DNA from: Kiritimatiellia bacterium
GTDB taxonomy: Bacteria; Verrucomicrobiota; Kiritimatiellia; RFP12; UBA1067
Assembly (NCBI GenBank): GCA_045641645.1
Contig: JAZUHK010000047.1
Span: 51,316-115,315 of the forward strand
DNA length: 64,000 nt
Direction: 5' to 3'
Positions 9,528 to 17,970 of the stretch are shown here, piece by piece (positions within the stretch are counted from its first letter, which is position 1; every line of letters begins with the position of its first letter). Both the position numbers and the translations under genes were made by a program. The notes below the pieces were generated by a model, which had not been told where the DNA came from, made no database searches, and worked only from the letters and a program-made list of their open reading frames with translations.

Positions 9528-9849
9528 ACGGCGGCATAGCCGCGCCGGGCAGGCGCTGATGGAGCTTGCGTGCGGCCTTTTGGCGGTGGCATTGGTGCTG
9601 GCGGCGCTTTTCGGACTCGTGCGTTATATCGCCGAATCGCTGGACCGGACACGTTCGATGCGGGCGCAGGCGGGGCGTTCGGCGCTGGACGCGACCACGC
9701 CGCGCGGTTATTCCACCTCGTCGGTGCGGGATTCGGTCGAGGTCGAGCCGTTTGCCGCGGAGTACATCTTCGGAACGCGCACGCTCAGGATCCGCGAGGA
9801 GGTGGCGCTTCCGAACATGAGAGCCCTGGAGACGGTTGCCGAGGACTGA
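9517..9849 (+). CDS. TadE-like small protein
   Basis: …RAGQALMELACGLLAVALVLAALFGLV… is TadE-family N-terminal architecture. The start overlaps the upstream gene end. Confidence 0.5.
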   Translation: MVTERRHSRAGQALMELACGLLAVALVLAALFGLVRYIAESLDRTRSMRAQAGRSALDATTPRGYSTSSVRDSVEVEPFAAEYIFGTRTLRIREEVALPNMRALETVAED

Positions 9850-9869
9850 GTCACCGATGGTGAAAAATG

Positions 9870-9878
9870 TGGTATAAT
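9870..9878 (+). promoter_or_regulatory. Extended -10 element TGGTATAAT upstream of the tRNA
   Basis: tgGTATAAT lies ~15 nt before the tRNA 5' end. The same 9-mer recurs upstream of secY, the response regulator gene and the FAD-oxidoreductase gene. Confidence 0.4.
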
Positions 9879-9892
9879 ACATCCCTAATAGG

Positions 9893-9978
9893 GCCGGGGT
9901 GGCACAGTGGTTGACTGCGCCTGATTTGTAATCAGGATCCCTCGGGACGCGTCGGTTCGAATCCGACCCTCGGCTCCA
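9893..9978 (+). tRNA. Class II (long variable arm) tRNA with encoded CCA. Anticodon loop TTTGTAA reads as UGU by standard folding; identity uncertain (Leu-like body)
   Basis: Hand-folded. Acceptor GCCGGGG/CCTCGGC (one G-T pair). D-arm GCA-CAGTGGTTGAC-TGC. Anticodon stem CCTGA/TCAGG with loop TTTGTAA. A 14-nt variable arm ATCCCTCGGGACGC. T-arm GTCGG-TTCGAAT-CCGAC. Discriminator T then CCA. Confidence 0.75.
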
Positions 9979-10029
9979 GTGTTAACCTAAGAGATTACGA
10001 CACTAAGGCAAGAAAGGAAGGACTCGCAG

Positions 10030-11277
10030 ATGAACTCGTCGATTAAGAAGACCATGGGCATGACCGCGTTCGTGCTAGCGTTTGCCGGTTGTGCTACAAC
10101 TCCGTCGGTGCGCGATTCGGACACTACTTATATGAAAGACGCGATGGGGCCCGTCGTCGAGCAGGGGCTTTATCCTGGGTTTATCAGCGTTCTCTACAAT
10201 GACGGCGTCCAGGAGACGGCCTGCGTCGGCTATGCCGATGTCGAGAAGAAGCGTCCGATCGCGATGGACCAGGCCTTTCAGCAGTGCTCGCAGACGAAGG
10301 GCTTCTGCGGGGTGACGATCGCGAAGCTGGTCGAAGAAGGGAAAATCTCGCTGGACGATCCCGTCTCCAAGTATCTGCCCGAGTTCCAGAACACGATGTA
10401 CCGCGCCGAGGACGACATGAACTGGACGTGGGTCGTCAAGCGCTCCGACGTGCCGATCACCGTCAGGATGGTGATGAACCACACGGCGGGCTTCGATTTC
10501 GAACTCGCGGGCAAGGACGAGAAGATCCCCGGCGGCGGCTGGACGGGCGGGATGCCGCTCAGGATCGTCGCGGCCGAGGCCTCCAAGCAGGTGCTCAATT
10601 TCAAGCCCGGCACCCAGATGCGCTATTCTAACACCGGCATCGACGTTGGCGCGGCGATCGTCGAGGTCGTTTCGGGGATGAAGTGGGAGGATTACCTTCA
10701 GAAGTACGTCTTCGATCCGCTGGAGATGAAGGACACCACCTTCTGGCCGACCGACGAGCAGATTAAAAACCGCATTAACATCTATGCCTGCGAGACCAAC
10801 GCGCCTTGCGTGAAGCACGAGGCGGAGGGCTGGGCGCAGATGCCGTTCAACGATGCGCATGTTCACCCGTCGGCGGGTGCGGGCATCTGGACGACCGCGA
10901 ACGATCAGCTCAAGTTCTACAAGATGCTGATGAATCTCGGCGTCGGTGAGAACGGTGTTCGGGTCCTCAAGGAGGATACGGTCAAGAACCTCCTCGCCGC
11001 CTCCACGCGTCCGCGGGCTGCCGACGGGTCACACCCCTTGGGGGAGTATTCGCTTGGGCTATGGTGCAACGAGAAGACCGGCTGGTTCGGCCACGGCGGC
11101 GCGTGGGGCACCAATTGCGAGGTCAACTGGAAGACGAAGCAGCTGAAGCTCTGGGTCTGCCAGACGGTCGGCTGGAGCTGGAAGCTCGTGGAGCCGATGG
11201 GCGGGGCTCAGGAGAAGTTCTTCAAGACCGATTTCAAGCGCAGCGATTCCAGTGCCTACACTGGCAGGATGAAGTAA
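10030..11277 (+). CDS. Beta-lactamase-family serine hydrolase lipoprotein
   Basis: Lipobox LAFAGC and an SxxK motif (CSQTKGF) in a class-C beta-lactamase/PBP-like context. Confidence 0.65.
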   Translation: MNSSIKKTMGMTAFVLAFAGCATTPSVRDSDTTYMKDAMGPVVEQGLYPGFISVLYNDGVQETACVGYADVEKKRPIAMDQAFQQCSQTKGFCGVTIAKLVEEGKISLDDPVSKYLPEFQNTMYRAEDDMNWTWVVKRSDVPITVRMVMNHTAGFDFELAGKDEKIPGGGWTGGMPLRIVAAEASKQVLNFKPGTQMRYSNTGIDVGAAIVEVVSGMKWEDYLQKYVFDPLEMKDTTFWPTDEQIKNRINIYACETNAPCVKHEAEGWAQMPFNDAHVHPSAGAGIWTTANDQLKFYKMLMNLGVGENGVRVLKEDTVKNLLAASTRPRAADGSHPLGEYSLGLWCNEKTGWFGHGGAWGTNCEVNWKTKQLKLWVCQTVGWSWKLVEPMGGAQEKFFKTDFKRSDSSAYTGRMK

Positions 11278-11287
11278 GTAAACGCAG

Positions 11288-12823
11288 ATGGCAGATCTAA
11301 GCGGCATTCGCAGATTCAAGGACGCAGACGACTTTCGCAAGCGCATCATCGTCCAGTCGGAAATTGACCGATACCTCCCGGGCGGCAGGCATTTCATTGA
11401 CGAGCGGGAGATCGCCCGCTGCCTCGCGGAAATCGCGGAGCAACCGGCGGATCCCGTGCGTGTCCGCGAGATCATCGCGAAGAGCGAGACGACGCGCGAG
11501 ACGCTGAAGCCCGAGGAGACGGCGGTGCTGATGTCCGCCGCGAAGGACCCGGGTCTCTTCGCCGAGATGCGCGCGGCGGCGCTTCGGATCAAGCAGGCGG
11601 TTTACGACAACCGCATCGTCGTCTTCGCGCCGCTCTACATCTCGAACCTCTGCGTCAACGGCTGCCGGTATTGCGGCTTTCGCGAGGGGAACGAACTGCA
11701 AAAGCGCCGCGTCCTCACGATGGCCGAGTTGAAGGAGGAGCTCGATGTCCTCGCCGGCCGCATCGGGCACAAGCGCCTCATCGCGGTTTACGGCGAGCAT
11801 CCCACGACTTCCACCGAGTACATCGCCGAGACGATCGAGACCTGCTACGGGCATCTCGTCCCCGCACCGCGTTCGGGCTGCAAGGTGGGGATTCGCCGCG
11901 TCAACGTGAATGCCGCGCCGCTGCCGGTCGCGGACTTGAAGGTCCTCCGCTCGGTCGGCATCGGCACCTTCCAGGTCTTTCAGGAGACGTACAACCGCAA
12001 GCTCTACGAGGAGATGCATCCGGCGTGGAGTCCGAAGGGCAACTACGACTGGCGCGTCACCTGCTTCCACCGCTGTATGGAGGCGGGGGTAGATGACGTG
12101 GGGCTTGGGGTCCTCTACGGGCTTTGCGACTGGCGCTTCGAGCTCTTGGCGACGGTGATGCACGCGCGCGACCTCGAACGCTGGTTCAACATCGGTCCGC
12201 ATACGCTTTCCTTCCCGCGCTTGGAACCCGCGAGCGGCACGAAGGTCCCCGAGGAAAGCCCCTATCTCATCGACGACGCGACCTTCGAGAAGATCGTGAC
12301 GATCGCGCGGCTTTCGGTGCCTTACACGGGCATCATCATCACCGCGCGCGAGAACCCCGAAAGCCGCAACCGGCTCTTGGGCGGCGGCATGACCCAGCTC
12401 GATTGTTCGTCCAATATCGCCATCAAGGGCTACAGCGATTTCGCGAACGAGGCGCATCAGGAGAAGGATCGCCAGCAGTTCATGCTCGGCGACAACCGCT
12501 CGCTGGACGAGATGGTCCGTTACCTCGCTTCCCGCGGCACCATCACCTCGTTCTGCACGGCGGGCTACCGTTGCGGACGGACGGGAGGGTGCATCATGGA
12601 CGCGCTCAAGACGGGGCGCGAGGGGAAGTTCTGCAAGATCAACGCGGTGCTCACCTTCCGCGAGTGGCTGGACGATTTCGCGAGCGACGAGACGCGCAAA
12701 CTCGGCGGGGAGCTCATCGAAAGGGAACTCGCGGGCATCCGGGAGTGGCTCCCGAAGTTCTACCCCACGGTGATGAAGCAGTACGAGGCCACTTGCCGCG
12801 GCGAACGCGACCTCTTCTTCTGA
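11288..12823 (+). CDS. hydG: [FeFe]-hydrogenase maturase radical SAM protein HydG (ThiH-like tyrosine lyase)
   Basis: CVNGCRYC radical-SAM motif, ThiH/HydG-like core, and a C-terminal second cluster motif SFCTAGYRCGRTGGC. At 511 aa the length fits HydG rather than ThiH. Confidence 0.75.
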   Translation: MADLSGIRRFKDADDFRKRIIVQSEIDRYLPGGRHFIDEREIARCLAEIAEQPADPVRVREIIAKSETTRETLKPEETAVLMSAAKDPGLFAEMRAAALRIKQAVYDNRIVVFAPLYISNLCVNGCRYCGFREGNELQKRRVLTMAELKEELDVLAGRIGHKRLIAVYGEHPTTSTEYIAETIETCYGHLVPAPRSGCKVGIRRVNVNAAPLPVADLKVLRSVGIGTFQVFQETYNRKLYEEMHPAWSPKGNYDWRVTCFHRCMEAGVDDVGLGVLYGLCDWRFELLATVMHARDLERWFNIGPHTLSFPRLEPASGTKVPEESPYLIDDATFEKIVTIARLSVPYTGIIITARENPESRNRLLGGGMTQLDCSSNIAIKGYSDFANEAHQEKDRQQFMLGDNRSLDEMVRYLASRGTITSFCTAGYRCGRTGGCIMDALKTGREGKFCKINAVLTFREWLDDFASDETRKLGGELIERELAGIREWLPKFYPTVMKQYEATCRGERDLFF

Positions 12824-12877
12824 CACTTGCGCAGACGAGGTAAAAGATGATATACTATTCCTTCAACGGAGAAAAAG

Positions 12878-13195
12878 ATGAATAACGAACTTTTGAAGCG
12901 CGCCCACGAGAAGATTCCCTCGACCCCGGTGTTGATCAACCTCATTTCCCGGCGCGAGCGCGAGCTCATCAACGGCGCCAAGCCCCTCGTGAACCCCACC
13001 AAGCTCCTCACCAACGAAGACCGCCGGAAGAGCCGCACGGGCCTCGACGTCGATAAGTGCGATATCGCGCTCGCCGAGGTCGCCGAGGGCAAGCTCATCG
13101 CGGAAATCGACTTCGATGCCATCGCCAAGGCCGAGGAAGCCAAGACGAAATGGAATCAGAAGCACGTGAATGTCAATTCGCTCTTCGGTGACTGA
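12878..13195 (+). CDS. rpoZ: DNA-directed RNA polymerase subunit omega (divergent)
   Basis: HEKIPSTPVLINLISRRERELINGAKPLV aligns with E. coli RpoZ [29 protein letters not shown], and …IALAEVAEGKLI aligns with VIALREIEEGLI. Confidence 0.55.
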   Translation: MNNELLKRAHEKIPSTPVLINLISRRERELINGAKPLVNPTKLLTNEDRRKSRTGLDVDKCDIALAEVAEGKLIAEIDFDAIAKAEEAKTKWNQKHVNVNSLFGD

Positions 13196-13640
13196 GCGCA
13201 AGTTCAATCCCGTCTTCGCCGAGAACCGCAAGGCCCGGCACGACTATACCGTACTCGACCAGCTCGAGTGCGGTATTGAACTTTCCGGCACCGAGGTGAA
13301 GTCGATCCGCCGCGGCGGGGTGTCGCTCGCGGGGAGTTACGCCGCCGTACTCGGCGGAGAACTCTGGCTCGTCGGCGCCGACATCTCGGCGTACGAGTTC
13401 GGCAACCGCTTCAACCACGACCCCAAGCGCAATCGCAAGCTTCTGGTTCATGCGAAGGAGGTCATCGACCTGAAGCTCAAGACCGAGGCGAAGGGGCTTA
13501 CGCTTGTTCCGCTCAAGGTTTTTCTGAAGCGCGGGCGCATCAAGGTGGAGCTCGGCGTCTGCCGCGGCAAGGCGCTTCATGACAAGCGGGAGACGCTGAA
13601 GAAAAAGGCCTTGCGCCGTGACCTTGAAAGGGACGGCTGA
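13170..13640 (+). CDS. smpB: SsrA-binding protein
   Basis: …ENRKARHDYTVLDQLECGIELSGTEVKS…KRNRKLLVHAKEV… is a typical SmpB. Confidence 0.85.
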   Translation: MSIRSSVTERKFNPVFAENRKARHDYTVLDQLECGIELSGTEVKSIRRGGVSLAGSYAAVLGGELWLVGADISAYEFGNRFNHDPKRNRKLLVHAKEVIDLKLKTEAKGLTLVPLKVFLKRGRIKVELGVCRGKALHDKRETLKKKALRRDLERDG

Positions 13641-13644
13641 AATT

Positions 13645-13653
13645 TGGTATAAT
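13645..13653 (+). promoter_or_regulatory. Extended -10 TGGTATAAT upstream of secY
   Basis: aatttggtataatacc, ~40 nt before the secY ATG. Confidence 0.4.
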
Positions 13654-13691
13654 ACCCAAAAGTTTTTTCCAAGAAGAAGGAGAAGAAAACC

Positions 13692-15089
13692 ATGTCGATG
13701 ATGAAGGGCTTTTCAAACGCATTCCGCATTCCGGAGCTCCGGAAGAAAATCCTGATTACGCTCGGGCTCGTGTTCGTGTGCCGTCTCGTTTCGCAGATTC
13801 CCACGCCCGGCGTCGATTGGCAGGCGTTGCAGCGCGTCATCGCCGACTTCAAGGCCTCTTCGACGGCGGGCGGCATGCTCGACTGGTTCGAGGTCTTCAC
13901 GGGTGGTGCGCTCGGGCAGTGCGCCATCGGCTTCCTCTCGATCTGGCCCTACATCTCCGCGCAGATCGTCATCCAGCTCCTCGGCTCGGTGATTCCTTCG
14001 CTGGAGAAGCTGAAGAAGGAAGGGGAGTCGGGCCGGCAGCAGCTGGCGCAGATCACGCGCTATCTCACCATCGTCCTCTGCGTCTTCCAGTCGTGGGGCA
14101 TCGCGACCGCGCTCTCCCACCCGGGAATGCTCGGGCAGGCGTTCGCCGGCGTCGAGATCGTGGTCAATCCGGGGCTCGGCTTCCAGCTGATGACCGTTAT
14201 CGGCATGACCTCCGCGGCATTGTTCGTCATGTGGGTGGCCGATCAGATCACCACCTTCGGCATCGGCAACGGCGCTTCGCTCATCATCATGATCAACATC
14301 ACCTCGCGGCTTCCGCAGGCGCTCATCCAGGCGTGGGAGCGTTACTTCGGTCTCGCGGGCGTGCAGGCGTCGGCGCCGATCGCGGAGCTGCCGATCATCG
14401 TAATCTTCTTCCTCCTCGTCGTGATGGGCACGGTGATGCTCACGCAGGGCGTCCGGAAGGTCGCCATCCACTCCACGCGCCGCAGCGTGACGGGCGGCAG
14501 CACCTACGGGATGCAGCAGACGTTCATGCCGCTCAGGGTGAACTACACGGGCGTAATGCCCATCATCTTCGCCCAGCCGATCATCCAGATCGTCGCCGCG
14601 GTGATGATGAAGTTCACCGATCCCACCTCGCTCGGCTTCTCCGGCAAGCTCAACCGCTTCGCGCAGGATCTCTCGAACCCCACGGTTCTCCACCTCGCGG
14701 TGTACGCGGTCCTCATCATGTTCTTCGCGTTCTTCTGGGTGGCGACGCAGTTCAATGCGATCGACATCTCCGAGAACCTCAAGAAGGACGGCAGCTACAT
14801 TCCCGGCATCCGTCCCGGGCGGGCGACGGCGGAGTTTCTTGACGACATGATGACCAAGATCACCTTGATCGGCGGCACGGGGCTCTTGATCGTGGCGCTC
14901 ATCCCGATGGTGCTCATGGGCTGGATGTCGATTCCGTGGGCGATCGCCTCGTTCTTCGGCGGCACCTCGCTTCTCATTATCGTGGGCGTGGCGCTCGATA
15001 CGCTCCGCATCATGGAAAGCCACCTCCTCGTCAGGAAGTACGACGGCTTCCTCGCGCATGGTTCGTTGCGCGGGCGCGGCGGGGTCTGA
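13692..15089 (+). CDS. secY: Preprotein translocase subunit SecY
   Basis: 465 aa, 10-TM SecY signature regions (…GGALGQCAIGFLSIWPYISAQIVIQLLG…). Confidence 0.9.
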   Translation: MSMMKGFSNAFRIPELRKKILITLGLVFVCRLVSQIPTPGVDWQALQRVIADFKASSTAGGMLDWFEVFTGGALGQCAIGFLSIWPYISAQIVIQLLGSVIPSLEKLKKEGESGRQQLAQITRYLTIVLCVFQSWGIATALSHPGMLGQAFAGVEIVVNPGLGFQLMTVIGMTSAALFVMWVADQITTFGIGNGASLIIMINITSRLPQALIQAWERYFGLAGVQASAPIAELPIIVIFFLLVVMGTVMLTQGVRKVAIHSTRRSVTGGSTYGMQQTFMPLRVNYTGVMPIIFAQPIIQIVAAVMMKFTDPTSLGFSGKLNRFAQDLSNPTVLHLAVYAVLIMFFAFFWVATQFNAIDISENLKKDGSYIPGIRPGRATAEFLDDMMTKITLIGGTGLLIVALIPMVLMGWMSIPWAIASFFGGTSLLIIVGVALDTLRIMESHLLVRKYDGFLAHGSLRGRGGV

Positions 15090-15110
15090 TTATTGCGACC
15101 GGACGCAATG

Positions 15111-15150
15111 GAAAAGGGCCCCGCTTCGCGTGAAGCGCGGCCCTTTCGCT
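15111..15150 (+). terminator. Hairpin gaaaagggccccgcttcgcgtgaagcgcggccctttcgc downstream of secY
   Basis: GC-rich inverted repeat AAGGGCC…GGCCCTT followed by a short T-containing stretch. Confidence 0.4.
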
Positions 15151-15151
15151 T

Positions 15152-16531
15152 ATGAAAACGGGACTTCATCAGGGACAGGCGCAGGTTCAGACGCTCGCTC
15201 CTCGGCTTCGTCAGGGGCTGAAGATCCTCGCGTTGTCACTCCCCGAGCTGCGGAGCGAACTCCTGAGCGAGATGGCGAAGAACCCCGTCATCGACGACAT
15301 CGAACCGACGTTGGAGAAGACCACGATTTCCGAACAGGTCTCCGCGCGCGATGCGGCCGTCGAGGAGCGGGATTATCCCGAAGACGACAACACGCGCGAC
15401 GCGGCGTATCTCGACGGCTTCAATCGCGGCACTTCGGGGACAGACCCCGAAGCGATCGAGCGGCGGCAACAGTTCTTCGACCGGCAGGTGCGGGAGGAGA
15501 CGCTGGAGGAGCATCTGCTGGCGCAACTCGTCGGTTCGGATATCGACGAGCGGGACTATCCGGTCGCGGAGCTGCTCATCGGGGAACTGGACGCGAAAGG
15601 ATGGTTCGTGGGGTCTGTCCCCGACATCGCGATGGTGACGGGGGAGAGCGAACCGAAGGTGCGGGCGGTGTTGGCCGCGATCCGCGAATTCGATCCGCCC
15701 GGTTGCGGGGCGACCACGCTGGAGGAATGTCTCTTGGCGCAGCTCGATCAGATCGCCGACCGCGATTTGCGCGCGCGGGTCAAGGCGCTCATTCCGCAGC
15801 TTGCGGCGGTCGCGACCGGCGAGGTCGCCGACACGGAGGCGTTGAAGGTCCTGCGCACGCTGGAGCCGCGCCCGGGGCGCGGATACCGTCACGGCGGGCA
15901 TGGCGTCGAGTATGTGAATCCGGAGGTGCACGCCGTCCGCCGCGCCGACGGCTGGGAGGCGCGGGTGGACGCCCGCTCGCTCCCCGAGATCCGCATTTCC
16001 CGGAAGTATCTCGCGATGCTGGAGGACCCTGCGGCGACGCCGGAGACGAAGGCCTATATCCGCGAGCGCATCGCCGCGGCCAAGGCGCTTCGGGAGGCCG
16101 TGGAGAAGCGCCACGATACGGTCGTGGCCGTTGCGCAGGAGATTTTCGACCGCCAGGGCGCGTTTTTCGAAGCGGGGCTCAAGGGGCTTAAGCCGCTCAC
16201 AATGCAGGAGGTGGCGGAGGCGACGGGGGTGAGCCTTTCCACGGTGTCGCGGACGGTGAACGGCAAGTATGCCGCGACTCCCAAGGGCACGGTGGAGCTG
16301 CGCCGCTTCTTCACTCAGGGCGTCAAGACGGGAGCGGGCGAAGAGGTGGTGCGCGACGAAGTGCTGGCGCGGCTTCGGGAGCTGGTGGCGGCGGAGGACA
16401 AGGCGCAGCCGCTGGCCGACGAGCGCCTTGCGGCGCAGCTCAAGGAGTCCGGCTTTCCGGTCGCCCGGCGGACGGTGGCGAAATATCGGTCGCTCGCGGG
16501 GATTCCGGGCGCCGCCGAACGGAGGCGTTAG
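15152..16531 (+). CDS. rpoN: RNA polymerase sigma-54 factor
   Basis: C-terminal RpoN box ARRTVAKYR, an HTH, and an N-terminal Gln/Leu-rich region. Confidence 0.9.
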   Translation: MKTGLHQGQAQVQTLAPRLRQGLKILALSLPELRSELLSEMAKNPVIDDIEPTLEKTTISEQVSARDAAVEERDYPEDDNTRDAAYLDGFNRGTSGTDPEAIERRQQFFDRQVREETLEEHLLAQLVGSDIDERDYPVAELLIGELDAKGWFVGSVPDIAMVTGESEPKVRAVLAAIREFDPPGCGATTLEECLLAQLDQIADRDLRARVKALIPQLAAVATGEVADTEALKVLRTLEPRPGRGYRHGGHGVEYVNPEVHAVRRADGWEARVDARSLPEIRISRKYLAMLEDPAATPETKAYIRERIAAAKALREAVEKRHDTVVAVAQEIFDRQGAFFEAGLKGLKPLTMQEVAEATGVSLSTVSRTVNGKYAATPKGTVELRRFFTQGVKTGAGEEVVRDEVLARLRELVAAEDKAQPLADERLAAQLKESGFPVARRTVAKYRSLAGIPGAAERRR

Positions 16532-16548
16532 TACCTGGGGGCTATCCG

Positions 16549-17178
16549 ATGGCTTCGGTGCTGGTGTTAAACGGTTGGGCGGCGAGCGAGCGCGCATGGG
16601 AGCTTTGCCGGTTTCCGCGGGAGCGCATATTCTCGTATCGCGAGCATCTTGCCGGCGAGACGGAACGTGCGGTCGCGACGGGCGGGGAGCGCATCTTGGT
16701 CGGGTGGTCGATGGGCGGAACCTTCGCGCTTAAGCTCGCGCTTCGGTATCCCGAGAAGATCAAGGGCATGGTGCTGTTGGCGGGAACGCCGCGGATGATG
16801 GCGGACGGGCCCGACTGGCCTGGGTTCACCCCGCATAAGCTCGCCGCCTTCAAAAAAGGTTTGGATTACAGTTTGACCCATGGGCCGATGGGCTTGGATG
16901 CGAGATTGCCGAATCCCTATGCGCGCGATGCCGAGGAGAATCTGGAGGCGGGGCTGAAGTTCCTGTCCGAGGTGGATATTCGCTCGGAATTGACCGCGGC
17001 CCCTCCCGCGATGCCGGTGCGAATCTTCCATTCGGAACGGGATGCGGTGGTGAAGTTGCACGCCTCGCGGTTCTTGGCGCAGACGCTTCCGCATTCGACC
17101 TTGGAGGTGGTTCCTGGTTCCGAACATGCGCTACCGGTGATAATTCCGGCAAGGATCGACGCGGCGGTGCGGTTCTGA
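16549..17178 (+). CDS. Alpha/beta-fold hydrolase (BioH-like esterase family)
   Basis: GWSMGG nucleophile elbow, ~209 aa. Confidence 0.6.
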   Translation: MASVLVLNGWAASERAWELCRFPRERIFSYREHLAGETERAVATGGERILVGWSMGGTFALKLALRYPEKIKGMVLLAGTPRMMADGPDWPGFTPHKLAAFKKGLDYSLTHGPMGLDARLPNPYARDAEENLEAGLKFLSEVDIRSELTAAPPAMPVRIFHSERDAVVKLHASRFLAQTLPHSTLEVVPGSEHALPVIIPARIDAAVRF

Positions 17179-17292
17179 CGAGTCCCCGGAGATTGCCGGT
17201 TTACAAACGGGATGTTCAAAGTTTTACAAAAGGGATGTATGCGTGGCGTCCTTTTGTTATAATCGGCGCAAAACAATTCAAGGAGGAAAGCG

Positions 17293-17970
17293 ATGAAGAG
17301 ATCCGAATTAAACGCCATCATGCGCGAGGCGGTAAAGTTCATAAACGACATGAAATTCCTGTTGCCGCCGTTTGCGTATTGGAGCCCGGCGGAATGGGCG
17401 ACCAAGGGTCACGATTACGACGAGATCCGCGACAACATGCTCGGCTGGGACATCACGGATTTCGGTTCGGGCGACTATAAGAAGGTGGGGCTCCTCATGT
17501 TCACGCTCCGCAACGGTAATTTCAACGACAAGGAAAAGTACGTGAAGCCCTACGCCGAGAAGCTGCTGATCGTCGAGGAAGGACAGATCACGCCTTATCA
17601 TTTCCATTGGAGCAAGATGGAGGATATCATCAACCGTGGCGGCGGCGACCTGCTCGTTCAGGTCTATAATTCGGACGCGAAGGAGGATTTCGCCACGACG
17701 GACGTGCCGCTCGCGATCGACGGCCACCGCTATTCGGTGAAGGCCGGTTCGGTCGTGCGCATCCGGCCCGGCGAGTCGATCTCCATCCAGAGCGGCATGT
17801 ATCACAAGTTCTGGGCCGAGGGCGGCCGGACGCTCTTGGGCGAGGTCTCGAAGGTCAATGACGACCGCGTCGACAACCGCTTCCACGATCCCGTCGGACG
17901 GTTCCCCGCGATCGAAGAGGACGAGCCGGCGCTTTATCTGCTCGGGAACGAATATCCCGTCGCCCAATGA
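17293..17970 (+). CDS. D-lyxose/D-mannose-family sugar isomerase (cupin)
   Basis: About 225 aa cupin with …ITPYHFHWSKMEDIINRGGGDL…, typical of D-lyxose ketol-isomerases. Confidence 0.6.
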   Translation: MKRSELNAIMREAVKFINDMKFLLPPFAYWSPAEWATKGHDYDEIRDNMLGWDITDFGSGDYKKVGLLMFTLRNGNFNDKEKYVKPYAEKLLIVEEGQITPYHFHWSKMEDIINRGGGDLLVQVYNSDAKEDFATTDVPLAIDGHRYSVKAGSVVRIRPGESISIQSGMYHKFWAEGGRTLLGEVSKVNDDRVDNRFHDPVGRFPAIEEDEPALYLLGNEYPVAQ

